DNA of 55,618 nt, the filler included, from Platydemus manokwari (lineage: Eukaryota), in assembly GCA_037951405.1 (NCBI GenBank). It is 5 parts of 5 records of this genome, joined end to end, with 100 filler letters (N's around TTAATTAATTAA, not from the genome) between each part and the next. Parts side by side here need not be neighbours in the genome. Positions count along the whole stretch, not along the records: positions 23,434 to 34,864 come from JBBMOY010676652.1; positions 34,965 to 44,455 come from JBBMOY011241541.1; 3 more parts are not named here. One strand, given 5' to 3'. Every line of letters begins with the position of its first letter. Positions within the stretch are counted from its first letter, which is position 1. This document shows, one piece after another, positions 23,520 through 37,250 of this stretch. Position numbers and translations under genes: made by a program. Below the pieces are notes generated by a model. The model ran no database searches and had not been told where the DNA came from. It worked only from the letters and a program-made list of their open reading frames with translations.

Positions 23520-24240
23520 GAAATCAATATATAAACATCACAAATAACAAAATACCATAGCACAATACTAACAAATATTTTAGTATGACAAACATCGAAG
23601 ATCACGACAAGATTATCCTAAAGTTATGGACAATCCATTTCTAGCTAGATTATGGTCAATGAATACCCATAATTCTATAGGAATAGATTTTTAATTAATC
23701 GCTTTCGCTTAACCAAATTATTATGAAGAGAACCAGTTTATATTTGATACGTATGTCTATGAAGTCTGAGTTTTCGCACATTCGAATGTGATTAGTGATT
23801 TCGGTTATTGAAGTATGTGATACAAAATTTAAGATAAGTACTAAAACCATGGAATATCTTTAAACAGTCGATAACACAAATGTAAAGAGTGCATGTCGTA
23901 GTAGCCAATCAGGTGCCTCCAAATTATCAACACATAAATAGAATTTGATCGTCACACCAACAACGGGCAACGATCATAGCGATATAGGAAATAAAAGAAA
24001 ATCTCTCAACTAATCTTCAGATGATGCTAATTGTTAGTGATTGCTGCGGAAGGAAATAATGGGTGATTATTAAAAATGCGTGCTGCATTCCCATTTTAAT
24101 TGTGATTATTATCCGACTGCTGTGGGTTGAATGGAATTAATATTATTGTCGGATTTTGCTGTGCAGGTTTAATTCTTCCTATTATTCTCGAGATAATGTC
24201 TCGGTTCTGAAATTCTTTGTTAATATTTCCATTTGGCGAC
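23520..24240 (-). pseudogene. Possible disrupted multi-pass membrane protein (loosely TMEM272-like)
   Basis: Minus-strand fragments: N/Q/P-rich N-terminus, FLLFPISL*SLPVVGVTIKFYLCVDNLEAPDWLL, LVLFIIIWL, DCP*L*DNLVVIF. Several stops and frameshifts; family assignment is weak. Confidence 0.25.
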
Positions 24241-24639
24241 TAAAATATGAATTTAATTATTATTTTCATAAATTATACCTATTTATTTAATCTAAATAAT
24301 TATTAACTAAATTTATTATTAAACTAAAATTACCATTAAATTAATTGATAATTAAATTTATTAATGAAATTATTATTACTTTTATTAACCAGGATTGTTA
24401 TTATTCCCATTTAAATTATTTTCAAATGTTTATTATTATTATTTTAGCTTTATGTTTCAAGATATTGCATATAAAAAGAATAAACAATGAAAATAATCAA
24501 AATTAATATTTTTAATCCAATAACCAATTTTTATATTTTACAATAAATAGAAAAAAAATTTCACAACTAATAAACACCGGATAATTAATAATTTTCAACT
24601 GATATACACTAAATCACTCACAATCATACAATTGTTGTT

Positions 24640-25158
24640 CGAATGGTGAGATTTTTGGGATCCTCAAAACAGATTTCATAATCTTACTACAAGATTTTTA
24701 ACTTATATAGAGAATTATTCGGATAGATGAAGAAAAGTTTTATCGTAAAGGTTGAGTTAATTATCATTGGTTTTATAAAAACTTAAATAGTCTTCATAAG
24801 AAATCTATGGATGAACGCGGTATCATTGTGTAAGTAGGTGTTTCATTACAAAGAGTTACTCGGTTCCATTTCTACTCTGTATTCCATAAACTCTCTGGAG
24901 TGGCACTGGGATGGTTCGATTTATCATCATGTGATTTATTTCTTTGGTATCAAATAAAGGAAGTGAGCTTAAAAATAGGATTTGAGATATAATACATAAC
25001 GTTAATGTTAAGTCACATAGAGAGGTAACCTATCGACTTATTGAGAAATGAATTAGACTTTGAAATAAATTAAAAGGCGGACATTTTGAAAATAAAATTT
25101 TTTAAACACAATTTTTTTTAAAACGAGACTAGTAGATTTCGTTGTGGGAAACACTGTA
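24640..25158 (+). mobile_element. Tc1/mariner-superfamily (rosa/DD41D-like) transposase relic with right TIR
   Basis: IIRIDEEKFYRKG*VNYH (~24714, cf. IWTDEA.F.L.G.VN); DLSSCDLFFG (~24918, cf. PDLTPCDFFLWG); KGGHFENKIF* (~25073-25105); terminus GTGGGAAACACTG ending at 25156 followed by TA. Confidence 0.8.
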
Positions 25159-26979
25159 AATAAAATGACTCTTGTTTAAGAAAATCTATTTAAATTAAAG
25201 AGAACTATTTAAAAATTGATGTAAATAAAATTTCTACAATTCAACTGATGTAGAAACTTGTTATTATATCGAGGATTAAATCATAAAACTTGATATTGAA
25301 CTTTGGTAAATCTTTTAATGAAGTTAAATTTAACTAAACAAACTCAAGGTCTCGAAAACTTATCCGAAATTATTATGATAATCTTCTACATGTCAAATCA
25401 TATTTGTTTTAGCAGATATTCATTAATTCGCAGCAACTGAACTGAATAGATTCGTCACAGTAATACCGAGATTTTAATTCTATTATTCTCGAGATTGAAT
25501 ATTGAGATTTCTTTTACTCATTTCGTTAAAAGCCGACAAGGCGGAATGCGATATCGGTGATTAAACTTGTTCACTAAATGTGTATATCTTAATTTCAGAT
25601 TTAATTATTCTACTTGTATCATCAAAATCATTCAGAATCCGCAATATAAGTATAAGCGGTGTAATTAAATAAATACAATTGCTAAAAAATAAAAAAGTAG
25701 ATTACTTTACTTCATAAATAGGCGAAGTTTATATAAACATTGGACCTTTCTATTAAATTTAGAAACAAAAATTGTTGAAATCTTTAAACTATTATTTTTT
25801 AATCTTTGTAAATCTTATCTTATTAAAAATTTTAAAATTCGAGAATCATTCATCAGCTTCATTAAATTCTCGTCAAAATGACAATAATTGAACCGATATA
25901 ATTTAGTTTTGTCTAATTTCTCATTAAATTCCTGTTAACTGTCTACTTTATCTCTAAACCTTTCGATCGGAATTGGATTTAATAGTAACCGAAGTTGATC
26001 TTTTAAACAATAATATTGATACACATTATGTTAGACAAACTAGCAACAATCAAATCATAATTCAGAAAATATAATGCAGTCGAATTCAGTTGATATCACT
26101 TCATCTTTTCAGGGAAAGGTAGACAGACTAATATTTAGTGAAATTATGCAAGATCTTAAAATCAATGAAAAACAACATACATGCAATAAGTCATCTTAAA
26201 TATATTGATAATACAGAGAGGTATTTTTCCCCACCCATTAAAAGTAGAACTGAAATCTTATTTTTAAATAATTTTAAAAAGACATTTTATAAATAGTATA
26301 ACATATATTTCCATTAATCCAGCTAACCAAATGTAACAATATTTCTTAAAGTGATATAAAATATTTAACAACGCGAGATTTAAAAATGTTCTAGTAATGT
26401 TATGATAATTATAATTATGATATAATAACATTTTAATAATAATAGTAATAATAATAATAGCATTAATAATAATAATGAAGAGCCTACCAAATAAACATAA
26501 TTAATAAAAAGAAATAATTATATTAAAATACAATTATTTTTCTTAAAAATAAATATTTAAACAAAATATTATTAAAAATAAATAATGAAATTAATTATTT
26601 AAATAATTCATTATTTGAATCAATTAATTAAAAATATAAAACAATTTTCGAGGTCGGAATTTGTCATTAATGCAGAACAGATCATGACAAAAGTATTAAA
26701 TAGTGAAGTTGGTTATAAAATGCACTTGGTTTCACTGGAAAATAATAAACCAGCGAAATGGTTTCGACCTATTACAGAACAAATAAACATCAATAGGCGG
26801 AATTGGTGGAGATTCAGAACAAAATAATTTGCTGATTCGGTTATCACGCGATGCTACAGTATAAAAACGAAGGCCGACAGTAACTGATTGCCAATAATTC
26901 AGAGAGAAGCCAGTAAATCGATGAAAAGAAAATTAAATTAAATAAGAAAGACATGCATTAAATAAAATAAAATAGCTAT

Positions 26980-27950
26980 CACAAAGAAGTTCTCTCTGTC
27001 ACAATGAAATTACTGGCAGAGAATAAAATCCAGTGCAATAAACATATATGTTCTGTGTTAAATAAATATTCGCAGGAAATATCTTCGAATGAGTCATCGA
27101 TGACACATTGTCATTAATTCAGCTTAGCTATTTCATACGAATCGCGGTAATACATTATATCGGTATTACAACATGACGGAAGATAGTAGGTAGATAGAAG
27201 GAACGGATCCTGACTTTGTATATGCTCAGTGCTTGAGCTGGAAGAACATCAATTCCATAGGAATATAAAATAAGCTCCAATAAATATAAAATCATCTATA
27301 ATTTACCATTTATAGCGTTAATCCCAACATCATTGGTCAATCGGTTTTACTCCTCTTGGGAGCATTATAAGCTTATCGTTTATGTGTATAAAAGTAGTTC
27401 CAAAACCTAATTATTATTAAGTGTATACAAGTAGTAATTTATAAACTTATTGTTATCGTTCTATAATCGTAGAAGTTTATAATAATAAAAGTGTATTTAT
27501 CAAAGAATTTAGTTTTGATATTAAATCAGCAAAAGGCCATTAAATACGAAAATCATTTCTATAAATAATATCATCATCAAAATCATTTCATCACCTTTTT
27601 GGCAAGACATAGTTGTGGCAGTTAAGTGTTAAAAATAATATAAATCATTATAGTAATATTTAGAGCCGCTCATCTCATCTTTATAAGTATGTCGAAGTTG
27701 ATCGAGGAGAAAGAACATCAAAATATTAGGTTTAGTGATTTCCTTCCGGTCATAAGGACTCAGAAAACTGGTTTGACTCAGATATTACCAAAGTGGGTAA
27801 AAATTCATGTATTGAATTTGAGATAAAAGAAACTGATGACCCCCAAAACATCGCTAGAAATCCGAAGAAATCGAGAGAATCAAGTTATTTATCTTCTGTT
27901 TGATAATTTAGCAGAGTTTGGAATATTCTAAGAAACTGTTTTCCTGACAA
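26980..27950 (+). mobile_element. Repeat family B copy (probable LTR, PBS-like TGGCAG near 27616, gag start MSKLIEEKEHQNIRF at 27689)
   Basis: Colinear reverse-complement similarity to 35500-36440, e.g. 27212-27295 vs 36075-36160 and 27695-27730 vs 35648-35683. Confidence 0.75.
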
Positions 27951-28022
27951 AATAGAAATTGTAAATTGTGCGATATTCGAGGACGGTGCTCCCAAATATC
28001 GATATTTAGAAAGAGTAATAGG

Positions 28023-28308
28023 TGTTGTGAATCCTTAACTTACTGTTAAGCACGCTAGTACGTAATTAGGTCAGGAAAAGCTCCTCGACCGGTATCTCAA
28101 TATTGCATACGGACTCGATCCGTATTTGTAAACGAATTCGTATTTATGGGTTGGATCTTTGTAATTTTCGGTGAATATTTGTACACTGTTACATAAATAA
28201 ATCTTAGTGAACAATCACTAGCTTTTGGGGTCAGATAGTTTGATCGCCCGAGTATTTGTGCTCTACACCAGGTAGACCCATCAATAATAAATATTTATTA
28301 ACAATACA
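28023..28308. mobile_element. Possible solo LTR
   Basis: GC-richer block starting TGTTG and ending ATACA with internal AATAAA; no target-site duplication seen. Confidence 0.3.
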
Positions 28309-29718
28309 AAAATCTCGGAGTCTTGTAAGTCACAGAAGTGGTCTACACTACAGTTTTTGTAGTCAACTCATTCTACAATCACAAGTTTTAACAGTGCTGG
28401 TTCTGTGAAAGTCAAAATTTTTTAACATTTTCATCGTGAGAATTTTTTGTCCAAAAAACAAATTTCAGGTCCGAAATATATGATTAATATTTCTCCATTT
28501 ATTACTCTTTTCTATCGATATTGCACAAAGTTTCATATTTTCTATCATTCTTTTTCCCATTTCTTTAGTTGAAAGTCCCTGTACTCTTACCATTTTCACT
28601 CTATTTCATGTTCAATATTATATAACTTGACAACATTGATTGCCAAAAATGTTTCGATTGCTGCAAAGAATTAGCTTAATCTTATTAAAAATTAAATTGA
28701 AATTACAGTTAATTTAAAGATATTACGAGTTATTATATTGAGCTTCAATAAAAACTAAAATCATTTAGTTTCAAGACAAAGAAAACTAGTAATATATCTA
28801 AGCCATTAAATATCGACGTTAATATTCAATTACCCGCATTTTTAATACATCATTCTGTCAAATACTAGTTATTGGTGCAAATTACTCTATCAGAAAACTC
28901 TGATAATTTTACTTTCAGGATTCTTTTAAAATTACCTGATATACTTTAAATTATGTGGAAAGCAGTGGGAACATTTAAAAAAAATTTCCATTTCAGTGAT
29001 AAATAATAGTTATTATCATTATTATTGTATTACAGCATTATTAATCACAACGAAAAACTGCATAAATTCGACCGTCGAGATTAAACTAAAAGACGATCGA
29101 ATAATATCACGCAATTGAAATATAGAGAAAATATTAGATGGAATAAAAATCAAATTGAATAACCATAAAATCAAAAATGACATCATATTAATGCAAAACT
29201 AATTCATGTGTTCTACATAATACAAATTTTTAAAACAAAGATTGCCATCAAATAATTCTATAAACCTCATCAATATGAAAGACATCAAAATGTAATAAAA
29301 CGGATTATACGCCCCCCCGCCAATAACAATTTTAAGTTCATTATTAAATTAGTCACTTGTTTATTTCCTCTTAAAAATAATTCATCATCATTATACTTCT
29401 TTCAAATGTCAAAAATACAAAATGTAATTTCAAAACAATGATAACTAATTATTGATAGTAAATTTAACAGAATTAAAGCTAAATTTTTAATTACATTACA
29501 TAATTGGATGTTCAAAAATTGTTAGATTAATTCAATAAATGCTTTAAGAATTTGAAGCTCAAAATTACTACCATATATAATATTATGAAAGTTTACTTAA
29601 TTTATCGATAAATTGCCATAGAAAATGATTAGTTAACACGAATCATAAAGTGGAATAAATAACTAAGAAACTAAAGTTATTTATTCTAATTAAAGATCTA
29701 ATAACATTCCAAGACACG

Positions 29719-29983
29719 CTATTTTTCTAAAAAACAAGATGATAAAATTTTAATTAAATAAATTACTAACTAATTGGTTTTCCTTCTTTCCACAAATTCA
29801 ATTTTGCGGTCAACCCATCACGCTTCACAGCTTCAGTTTTGAATTCTGGTTTCAGAGCTTGTCTAACGGTTTTAGCACATATTGAACTAAATCTTATGTA
29901 ACTGAATTAAAAATAAAATAAATTTGTGCCACAATAAATAACTTAAAGTACTTTAATCCAGCTTGCCTCCAAAAATTAGACAT
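29719..29983 (-). CDS. ATP5F1E: Mitochondrial ATP synthase F1 subunit epsilon, ~56 aa
   Basis: Exons 29983-29952, 29901-29771, 29726-29719 give [56 protein letters not shown]. The WRQAGL.YIR.S.ICA..VR.ALK motif is diagnostic. Not in the supplied ORF track. Confidence 0.95.
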
Positions 29984-30419
29984 TTTAAAATGTATACAAA
30001 TATCAATAACTTAGTTTAAACATTGATATTTATAAACTAATTTCAGTATCTTAATTGAATAATTTCAATTTTAAAAATTCAAGTGAACCAATGTTCATTT
30101 AGTACTTGCATTATAAACTTATTTCTTTATTAATTCAAGTGTTAATTTCTATTTAGTGGAAACAACCTTAAAACCCCTGTTTGAGAAAATATTCTTAGTC
30201 AAATTTTTATTTTAAAGTTTTACTTCGTTAACTAAGACGATCATTGATGTTTCATGTTTTAATAATAATAGTATTGTCTCTGTTAATTGTGTAACTATCT
30301 AATCGAGTCATATTGTTGATTGAATATTTATCATTTCGATTTTGATAAATTTCAATTTAAATTGTCCATTTATTTCACAGCCATTTTGAAATTAAATTTT
30401 ATCATTAAAAATTTATTTA

Positions 30420-31260
30420 TTGTTTATTTTATTGCTGTCAAATGACTTTCGAGATTATACATTAAGCATAATTTAGCTAATTTTATGATATTATCATAGA
30501 ATCTATAAATTATATAAAGAAGCATCCAAAGGTTAATTGGCAATCATTTTATTAGAATTTGCACAATAAATGACTTTAACAGATTTTGTTTTAACAGCTT
30601 GTGATGACCCAAAATTTCAACGAGAAAATCCAATCTTATAGTAATTTGATAAATACCCGCTCAGAAACTACTTCTGGCATTAGTATAATTTATGTACGGT
30701 GCTACAATATTGTAATGTCTAGAAATATAATAATTGTTTTAAAATAGCTGAAGACCTACGGTCATCTTAGCAAATAGAATTATAGTTATGAATAAAAATG
30801 AAACAAAACTGTTCTCCATTAAAAATGTGAAATGATATAGTCTGCAATTTGACAATGCTTAGGTATATAAAATCTCATTTTCAGATGTATTCGTTTAGAT
30901 AATAATATCTGATCAAGAAATACAAAGATGATTTAAATTCTTTGCAAATATAAAAATTGTGAGTGAAACAGAAGACTTGAGCTATGTACCATCTGAAAAT
31001 AATGAAATAACGTATATCAACTTCTTGTGACTCCATAATATTAAGTGATATTGCAAAAAGAAAAGTTGTTTGATGAGACATTATACGTCAGATGATGATG
31101 AAATGTGATGGTGCAAATGTAGAAATTTTTTGGGATTCAGTTGCTTCATATTTTCCGATAATCTCGAATCTTGTATAAGATAGTTGAAATTTCTAATTAA
31201 ATAATCTTCTTATGGGTATAATTGTGATAAAAATTTTCAAGTATTTATTAGTGGAATCAA
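30420..31260 (+). mobile_element. hAT-type transposase relic
   Basis: 31107-31180 reads DGANVEIFWDSVASYFPIISNLV*, followed by frameshifted YNCDKIF (cf. hAT dimerisation domain FW......FP.LS.LA...CER.FS). The 5' boundary is a guess. Confidence 0.45.
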
Positions 31261-31399
31261 AATAATGGCGAAATGAGAAATATTTTTTGCAGAAATGAAA
31301 GCAATGAATGTAAACGGAATATACAATGGAATATATTTATGGAATATATATTTATATGAAATAACTATGAAATGACTATTGTTGTTGAGAGAATGAACC

Positions 31400-33350
31400 A
31401 AGAAAATTATTCAATTTTTCTGACTGCTCGATTTCATTTTGACTTACAAAATTGATTATGCCTGAAATCCGTAAGCAAAAAGTATACATTGAACAAAATC
31501 TCAGACAACAGCCAATAAATATATTGAATAAAATCCAAGATCTGAAAAAGAATCTTTACGAAAATGGTGTCACAGCACTATGCAAAAGAAAGTTCCTAGA
31601 ATTCGTCGGTAGTAATAATTCCCATGAAATACGTATCATTAAGTTTTCATAAACTAATGTAGTAGTAGTTTTTAGTATATTGAGATGTTGAAAAAAAACT
31701 GATATTGCATTGTAACAAAAGATTTGAAGCCATTAGAGCAGGTACAATTTCAATAAATTGTAAACGACAAAAGAGAGTATAAAAAGAGATCTATTACTAA
31801 TTGTGTAAAGTAAAAGGAACCTATGGGTGGTCATAAATTTATTTTACATTTTAAGCATTTTTACTTGATAATAGATTTGTAACTTGCATCTATCCTTATT
31901 ATAAAATCCTTTAAATAGACTAGTCTTCAGTTTAAAGAATGAATTGCAAACTTGATCTCTATTATTGTATAAAAATTTGTCATTAAGAGATAAATGGACT
32001 CAAGATTAGGTGAAGCTCTTGATTCTCAATGCTTAAAACAGTGCTAAAGGGATAAGGACAGCAATTCAAGACTCCATTTATTAATGTTGTTCATTCAATT
32101 GCTAGTAGCGAAGAATTAATAAATACCTACCAGTTTGATAACTTCATCGGTTCTATTAAAAATTGTTACGAATATCAAAAACTGTGGTAAACTCTAATAC
32201 CAAGAAAAGTAAATATTTATCAAATTTATCTGTTTAAAGAAGATCTAATGTTTAACGATAAAGGGAAGAAACGAATTGATATACCATAATCTTATTCGCA
32301 GAAATTAACTAGTTGCTTATATGAAGAGTTAATATATATCAGCACTAAGTAATTTATTGATTATATTCAGCATATCAATTACTGACTAAACATAACTCGA
32401 AACATTTTGGGTATCCAAGTGACTTTAAAAATGTCATTTATTATTGACATTAGTTTATTAATTCACTTATTTTAAAAATATTTTACTGAAATTTCTTGCA
32501 AATAATTATTAAAATTCCAAATCAATTTCTGCTTAATAGAAGTTCAGAGATAGACCTCCACATGATAATAATTGGAAGAATTCTCAAAATTCTGAATTTA
32601 TTTATACATGAAATAGAAGGATGATGATGAAAAGGATATCGATAATATCTTGTTGGATGCCAGAATACGAAAACAAGATTGTTGTCGATTTTGGAGACAA
32701 ATATCACGGAATACAAGAGAAGTATAAAAGAAATTTGTTAGGACGTTTACGAAGTTATCACAGATGCGCACAAACTGATTAAAGGTAAAAGGACTAAGTT
32801 CTGCAAATATAGTTTAAATATATAGCCTTAATCCCTTATCAATAATTGGAAGCTCTAGATATTTCCGCAACACTCTTTTTAAAGTTACAAGCATTAGAAA
32901 AACAAATTAACAAACTAGACTTCCAGTAAAGAATCCATTTCACCTTTTGAGCCGCTATTTCTCATCCGTTGAACCGCTAGAACCTCTAAAGAGGAAAATA
33001 ACTCTTCAGAATTATTATCTGGGAAAAGTGAAAAAGATGAACACCGAAAAGCTAGGATGCTCAAGAGAAATAGAGATCTTTATCTATAGCGAACATGATA
33101 GCACAGAAAACCTGACAATTGTGAAATATTTTGATGAGGAAAAATTACTATGTTTGGGAAGAAATAAACTGCACAGACGAAATATTTAAAATCAACACAT
33201 AACACCTCGCAGTAATTGCAAGCGAGATGGTAAATGGGATCAACAGTGACCTGGATTGCTTCTTACAACTCTCTTTAGAGAATACTCAACGAGAAACTGC
33301 ATAGCCAGTTATAAAAACGAACATGTCCTACATGGTATTTTGTGATAGTA
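31400..33350 (+). mobile_element. Heavily decayed LTR retrotransposon pol relic
   Basis: RNase H-like YFS...NYY fragment near 32950-33020; integrase-like KWDQQ*PGLL / IASYNSL near 33230-33275. Confidence 0.35.
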
Positions 33351-33699
33351 TTCAAAACATGAGATGATTTGGTTGATTGATATTTAATAATTATGGTATA
33401 ATCGATAAATCAACATTTTAAATGTGAAATATTGGTGAACAAATGAAACTGTTATAATGATGATAGTAATTGTTAATAATTTTTAAAAATCTATATGTTT
33501 GTGTCATAGTCTATAGAATATGCGAGGAAAATATTCGATTGGCACAAATAAGGGGATTCTTTCAAGTTCTTATAAAAGTTCAAAGTATTAAAATTATAAC
33601 CTATCTGCAGCATATAATTATTAGATCGCATATTATTTATTCATATTATAATATTATTTTTATAATTAAAATATCGTATCAAATCGTAATAAGATAACC

Positions 33700-34864
33700 G
33701 TTTTCATAAAATAATTTTCACCAAGCGATACTGATTCAAGAAGCTACTATTTACAAGGTACCAATTAAATTTTATTATTCTCGATGTGTTTAAGTGTTTT
33801 TTTTCGATTTCTTACTCTATCTAGAAAGTCAATAAATTCTGTCAAAATATAATTCTCCTGTTAGTATACTGTTTTAATATCTTCAGATGGAGCTCTGAGC
33901 TTACAGTAAGCGTGGGTCAAGCCACATTTATTTAATTTACTATATCGAATCGTTTTCATGAATCAACAATATTAAAACAAAGTTATACATTCATTGTCCT
34001 TTTATTCATAATAACACCTCGATAATTGTATAATTTAGTAAGCCAATCAATATAATTCATTGAATACTTGCAGTTTCGATTGGAATGGAATCATAATTTT
34101 TTCTATAAAGATTAAATTTGATGATATCCACCACGTATAAGAAAAATCATGAAATTATGAATTTATAGTCATACTATAATCGTGTTATCCACCATATCTA
34201 TATTTGTTGCGGTCGAAATTAATCGAAATTGGCAATTTATATTTCACTGAAATTAATAATTAGTACGAACACGCATGACTCTAAAACTCTACAAAAACTC
34301 ACTATATCAAACAACGATATAAAACTGGGCTTCCAACTGACAGTTGGACATTTTTACATAGGCATTTATACTCGAGATTTGTCCACAATCTGTGTATGAC
34401 GTTTTGATTTGATTTTTTATTTCTCAAATTCCTGTTGGATTTATTGATTTAGTATGCTTGGGATTGGTCAATCATCATGTGTGTTACTGTGTAGTTATGT
34501 GCCTTTTCCGAATTAAAATTTGCCATTTCAGTCAGCTGCGATTGGTTAGTTGCTATGATACGTGCAATGCCAAAAGCTCTAAAATGAGGGTTCAAAATTG
34601 CGAAAATAGTTTTTCTTTTGTGAGATTTTATCCTTATTCAACAACTGTGTTGAATGTTTTTGGTTAATCAACTCCCTCCAACTCTTTGATAATTAATTTG
34701 TAATTGTATCGTTGCTCAGTTCAGTCTATACGCTTGCCAAATTTATCTCGTTGTCCTTCGCAATATTGATCTCCAATCATTTCAATTAAAAGAACTCCAA
34801 AATCAAATTTCTCAATTAGACTCACTTGTAAGAGCTTTCTTTAAATATTCATCTAGTTGTTTTA
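33700..34864 (-). mobile_element. Decayed Gypsy gag-pol relic, truncated at the contig end
   Basis: Minus-strand Gag-like MIGDQYCEGQRDK...PKTFNTVVE (~34640-34780) and degenerate Cys knuckles at ~34310-34400. Confidence 0.4.
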
Positions 34865-34964
34865 NNNNNNNNNNNNNNNNNNNNNNNNNNNNNNNNNNNN
34901 NNNNNNNNTTAATTAATTAANNNNNNNNNNNNNNNNNNNNNNNNNNNNNNNNNNNNNNNNNNNN
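34865..34964. other. Synthetic contig linker
   Basis: 44 N + TTAATTAATTAA + 44 N. Confidence 0.98.
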
Positions 34965-35299
34965 TTCCATTAATATTAAATAGAAAATCAATATTTTAAA
35001 AGATTCTTTTGATTTTGTATCGATAGTTTCGATAATTATTCTATTAATAATTATTATTCTTTTAATAATAATTCTATTACTTTTTAGTCTGAAAAATTAT
35101 TTAAATGAACGATTTTTCATTAAATTTTATCATGTTAATTACAAAATAAATGGTAGAAAATTATTGAAATCCTATTATTGATTTAAAAATATCGAATTCA
35201 GTAAAGCTGACACATTTAAGTTCAGAAAAAAATTAAAAAATTTAGCATTTTTCCTTTAAGATTTTTCAATGTAACATAAATCGGAACATTGCTTATTAG

Positions 35300-36440
35300 G
35301 TTATGAATCTCATGGGTTATGAAATGATTTTAACGAAAAATACGTATTGTCTTGCATTAGATGACATCTGATTCTATTGACTGGTATTTACTTTTTTTCA
35401 AATGACTTCTAAAACCAGTGCTCCTCTTCAACAAAAGATTTTCTCAATTTTGGTGTACTTATTCTGTCTGATTTTGTTTTCCAGTATCAATAATATTTTA
35501 AAAGTAGTGTTAAGCAATGGTTGATGTTAAATCAATATATTGGTAATGGATTTTTATTTATTAAAACAAATTTCCACCCTTTATACATTTATTTTTATAT
35601 TCATTTATAATTTCTGAAGTTCTTATGACCCACGGGTAATCACGAAACCTAATATTATGTTGTTCATTCTCCTCGATCAACTTTAATCCATATATTAATA
35701 CGGAAAGAGTTCTCTAGATATTGATTTTCACAGTTTTATATTATTTTTTAAATTTAATTAAATTTTAATTAAGATGATGAGGTGATTATGGTGATATTAT
35801 CTACAGAAGTGACTGTTTGCCCTGCCAATTTAATATTATAATGGTTTTGTGTTTATTATACGATTATTATTATAACACCAAATACAGAGATACACTTAAT
35901 AAAAATGATATTTTAGTAAAACTACTTTTATCCACTTAAACGTAGGATATTTTCTGTATACGATTCCAGAAAGCCTAACTGTTAATATGCTCCCAAGTGG
36001 AGTCAAACTAGGTATTATGGAGAGATCAGCCCTATAAATATGAAGAATTTGCGGTTGTTAATAAATTATATAAATTATGATTTTATATTTATCGGATCTT
36101 GCTTAATCTTCCTATTGAATTGATGTTCTTCCAATAGCAGTACTGGGCATATACAAAGTCTCTATCGCTAATGCAATTGAATCTTCCACTGGGTCGTGAT
36201 ACCGATGTAATGTATTACTGCGCTTCGCATGAAATTGCTATGCTGTATCTGAATTAATGGTAATGTATTAATTGTGGTCACTAATTTATATAGGCCGCTA
36301 TGACTCATTCGTAGATATTCTCTACAAATATTTATTTAATACAGTGCATATATTTTTATTGCACTGGAATTTATTGTGGTATAGAGAAATTCTCTGCAAT
36401 TAATAACAGTATGGCAGCGAGAAATTCTCTGCTATTAAAT
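35300..36440 (-). mobile_element. Repeat family B copy (probable LTR, PBS-like TTGGCAGGGC at ~35819-35828, decayed gag)
   Basis: Homologous to 26980-27950 (opposite strand) and to 10480-10770 (same strand), e.g. AATTGTGGTCACT at 36271 and 10643. Confidence 0.75.
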
Positions 36441-36869
36441 GCATGATAATTTATTTTATTTAATGCATAACTATTCTGGGTACATATTTTATCCACTGTG
36501 AGCGATAATTGGTGATAGCTAATTTACTGCGCGATAACAAATTACTGGTTATTTATCATTTTTATTATAGTGGAAATTTATAAAGGGTTTTAAAATTGTA
36601 TTATTTTAAAGGATACTTTAAACGGGTAATACAATATTATTCTGTGTCTATTTTATATTGTATTAAATTTATATCAAACACAGAACTTCTACAATTTTAC
36701 AACAAAAATATGAAATATTATTTTATGCAGAATACTTTTATGCATCGATACAATCATTTTTGGATAATTGCCTATTTTTTGCGAAATTGGTTTTAGTCCC
36801 AAATACCAACATATTTGTATATAAATATAATTTCTGATTTTTCAAATTTATATTTTTAATTTTTACGTT

Positions 36870-37250
36870 GCGATTTCATTTTGATGAACTTTTTCAGTGT
36901 TTTCCCAACCATTTCGAAAATCTATATCGATTTGAATGGACACGGTCGTGGAATATTCTTGTAAATGTGACCCGATTGTCCAAATAGCTGCATTATAAAA
37001 TTTAGAATTCCACACGAATCATTGCAATGTTGCTATTAGATGATAATCGATCGATATAACAAGTTAACAGCTAGTGTTTGAGATGAATCGATGTCAATTT
37101 ATAGAGTGATGTAATTTATTTCAACATTCTCAAAATTAGATTCGTTTCTATGACGCTAATACTTTCTCTACTTTATCATCAATAATTGAATTTCGATGCC
37201 TATGCAAATGTTGACATTGAGCGATAATTTTCAATGAGCAAGTTTCTTTT
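36870..37250 (-). mobile_element. Gag-like relic with a degenerate CCHC knuckle
   Basis: Minus strand ~36950-36995 TGCAGCTATTTGGACAATCGGGTCACATTTACAAGAAT, read as CSY(C)GQSGHIYKN with one frameshift. Confidence 0.3.

Noticed and set aside
26615-26827. ORF with Trp spacing suggestive of a Myb/SANT-like domain
   Set aside because: Too short and divergent to support; no splice structure found.
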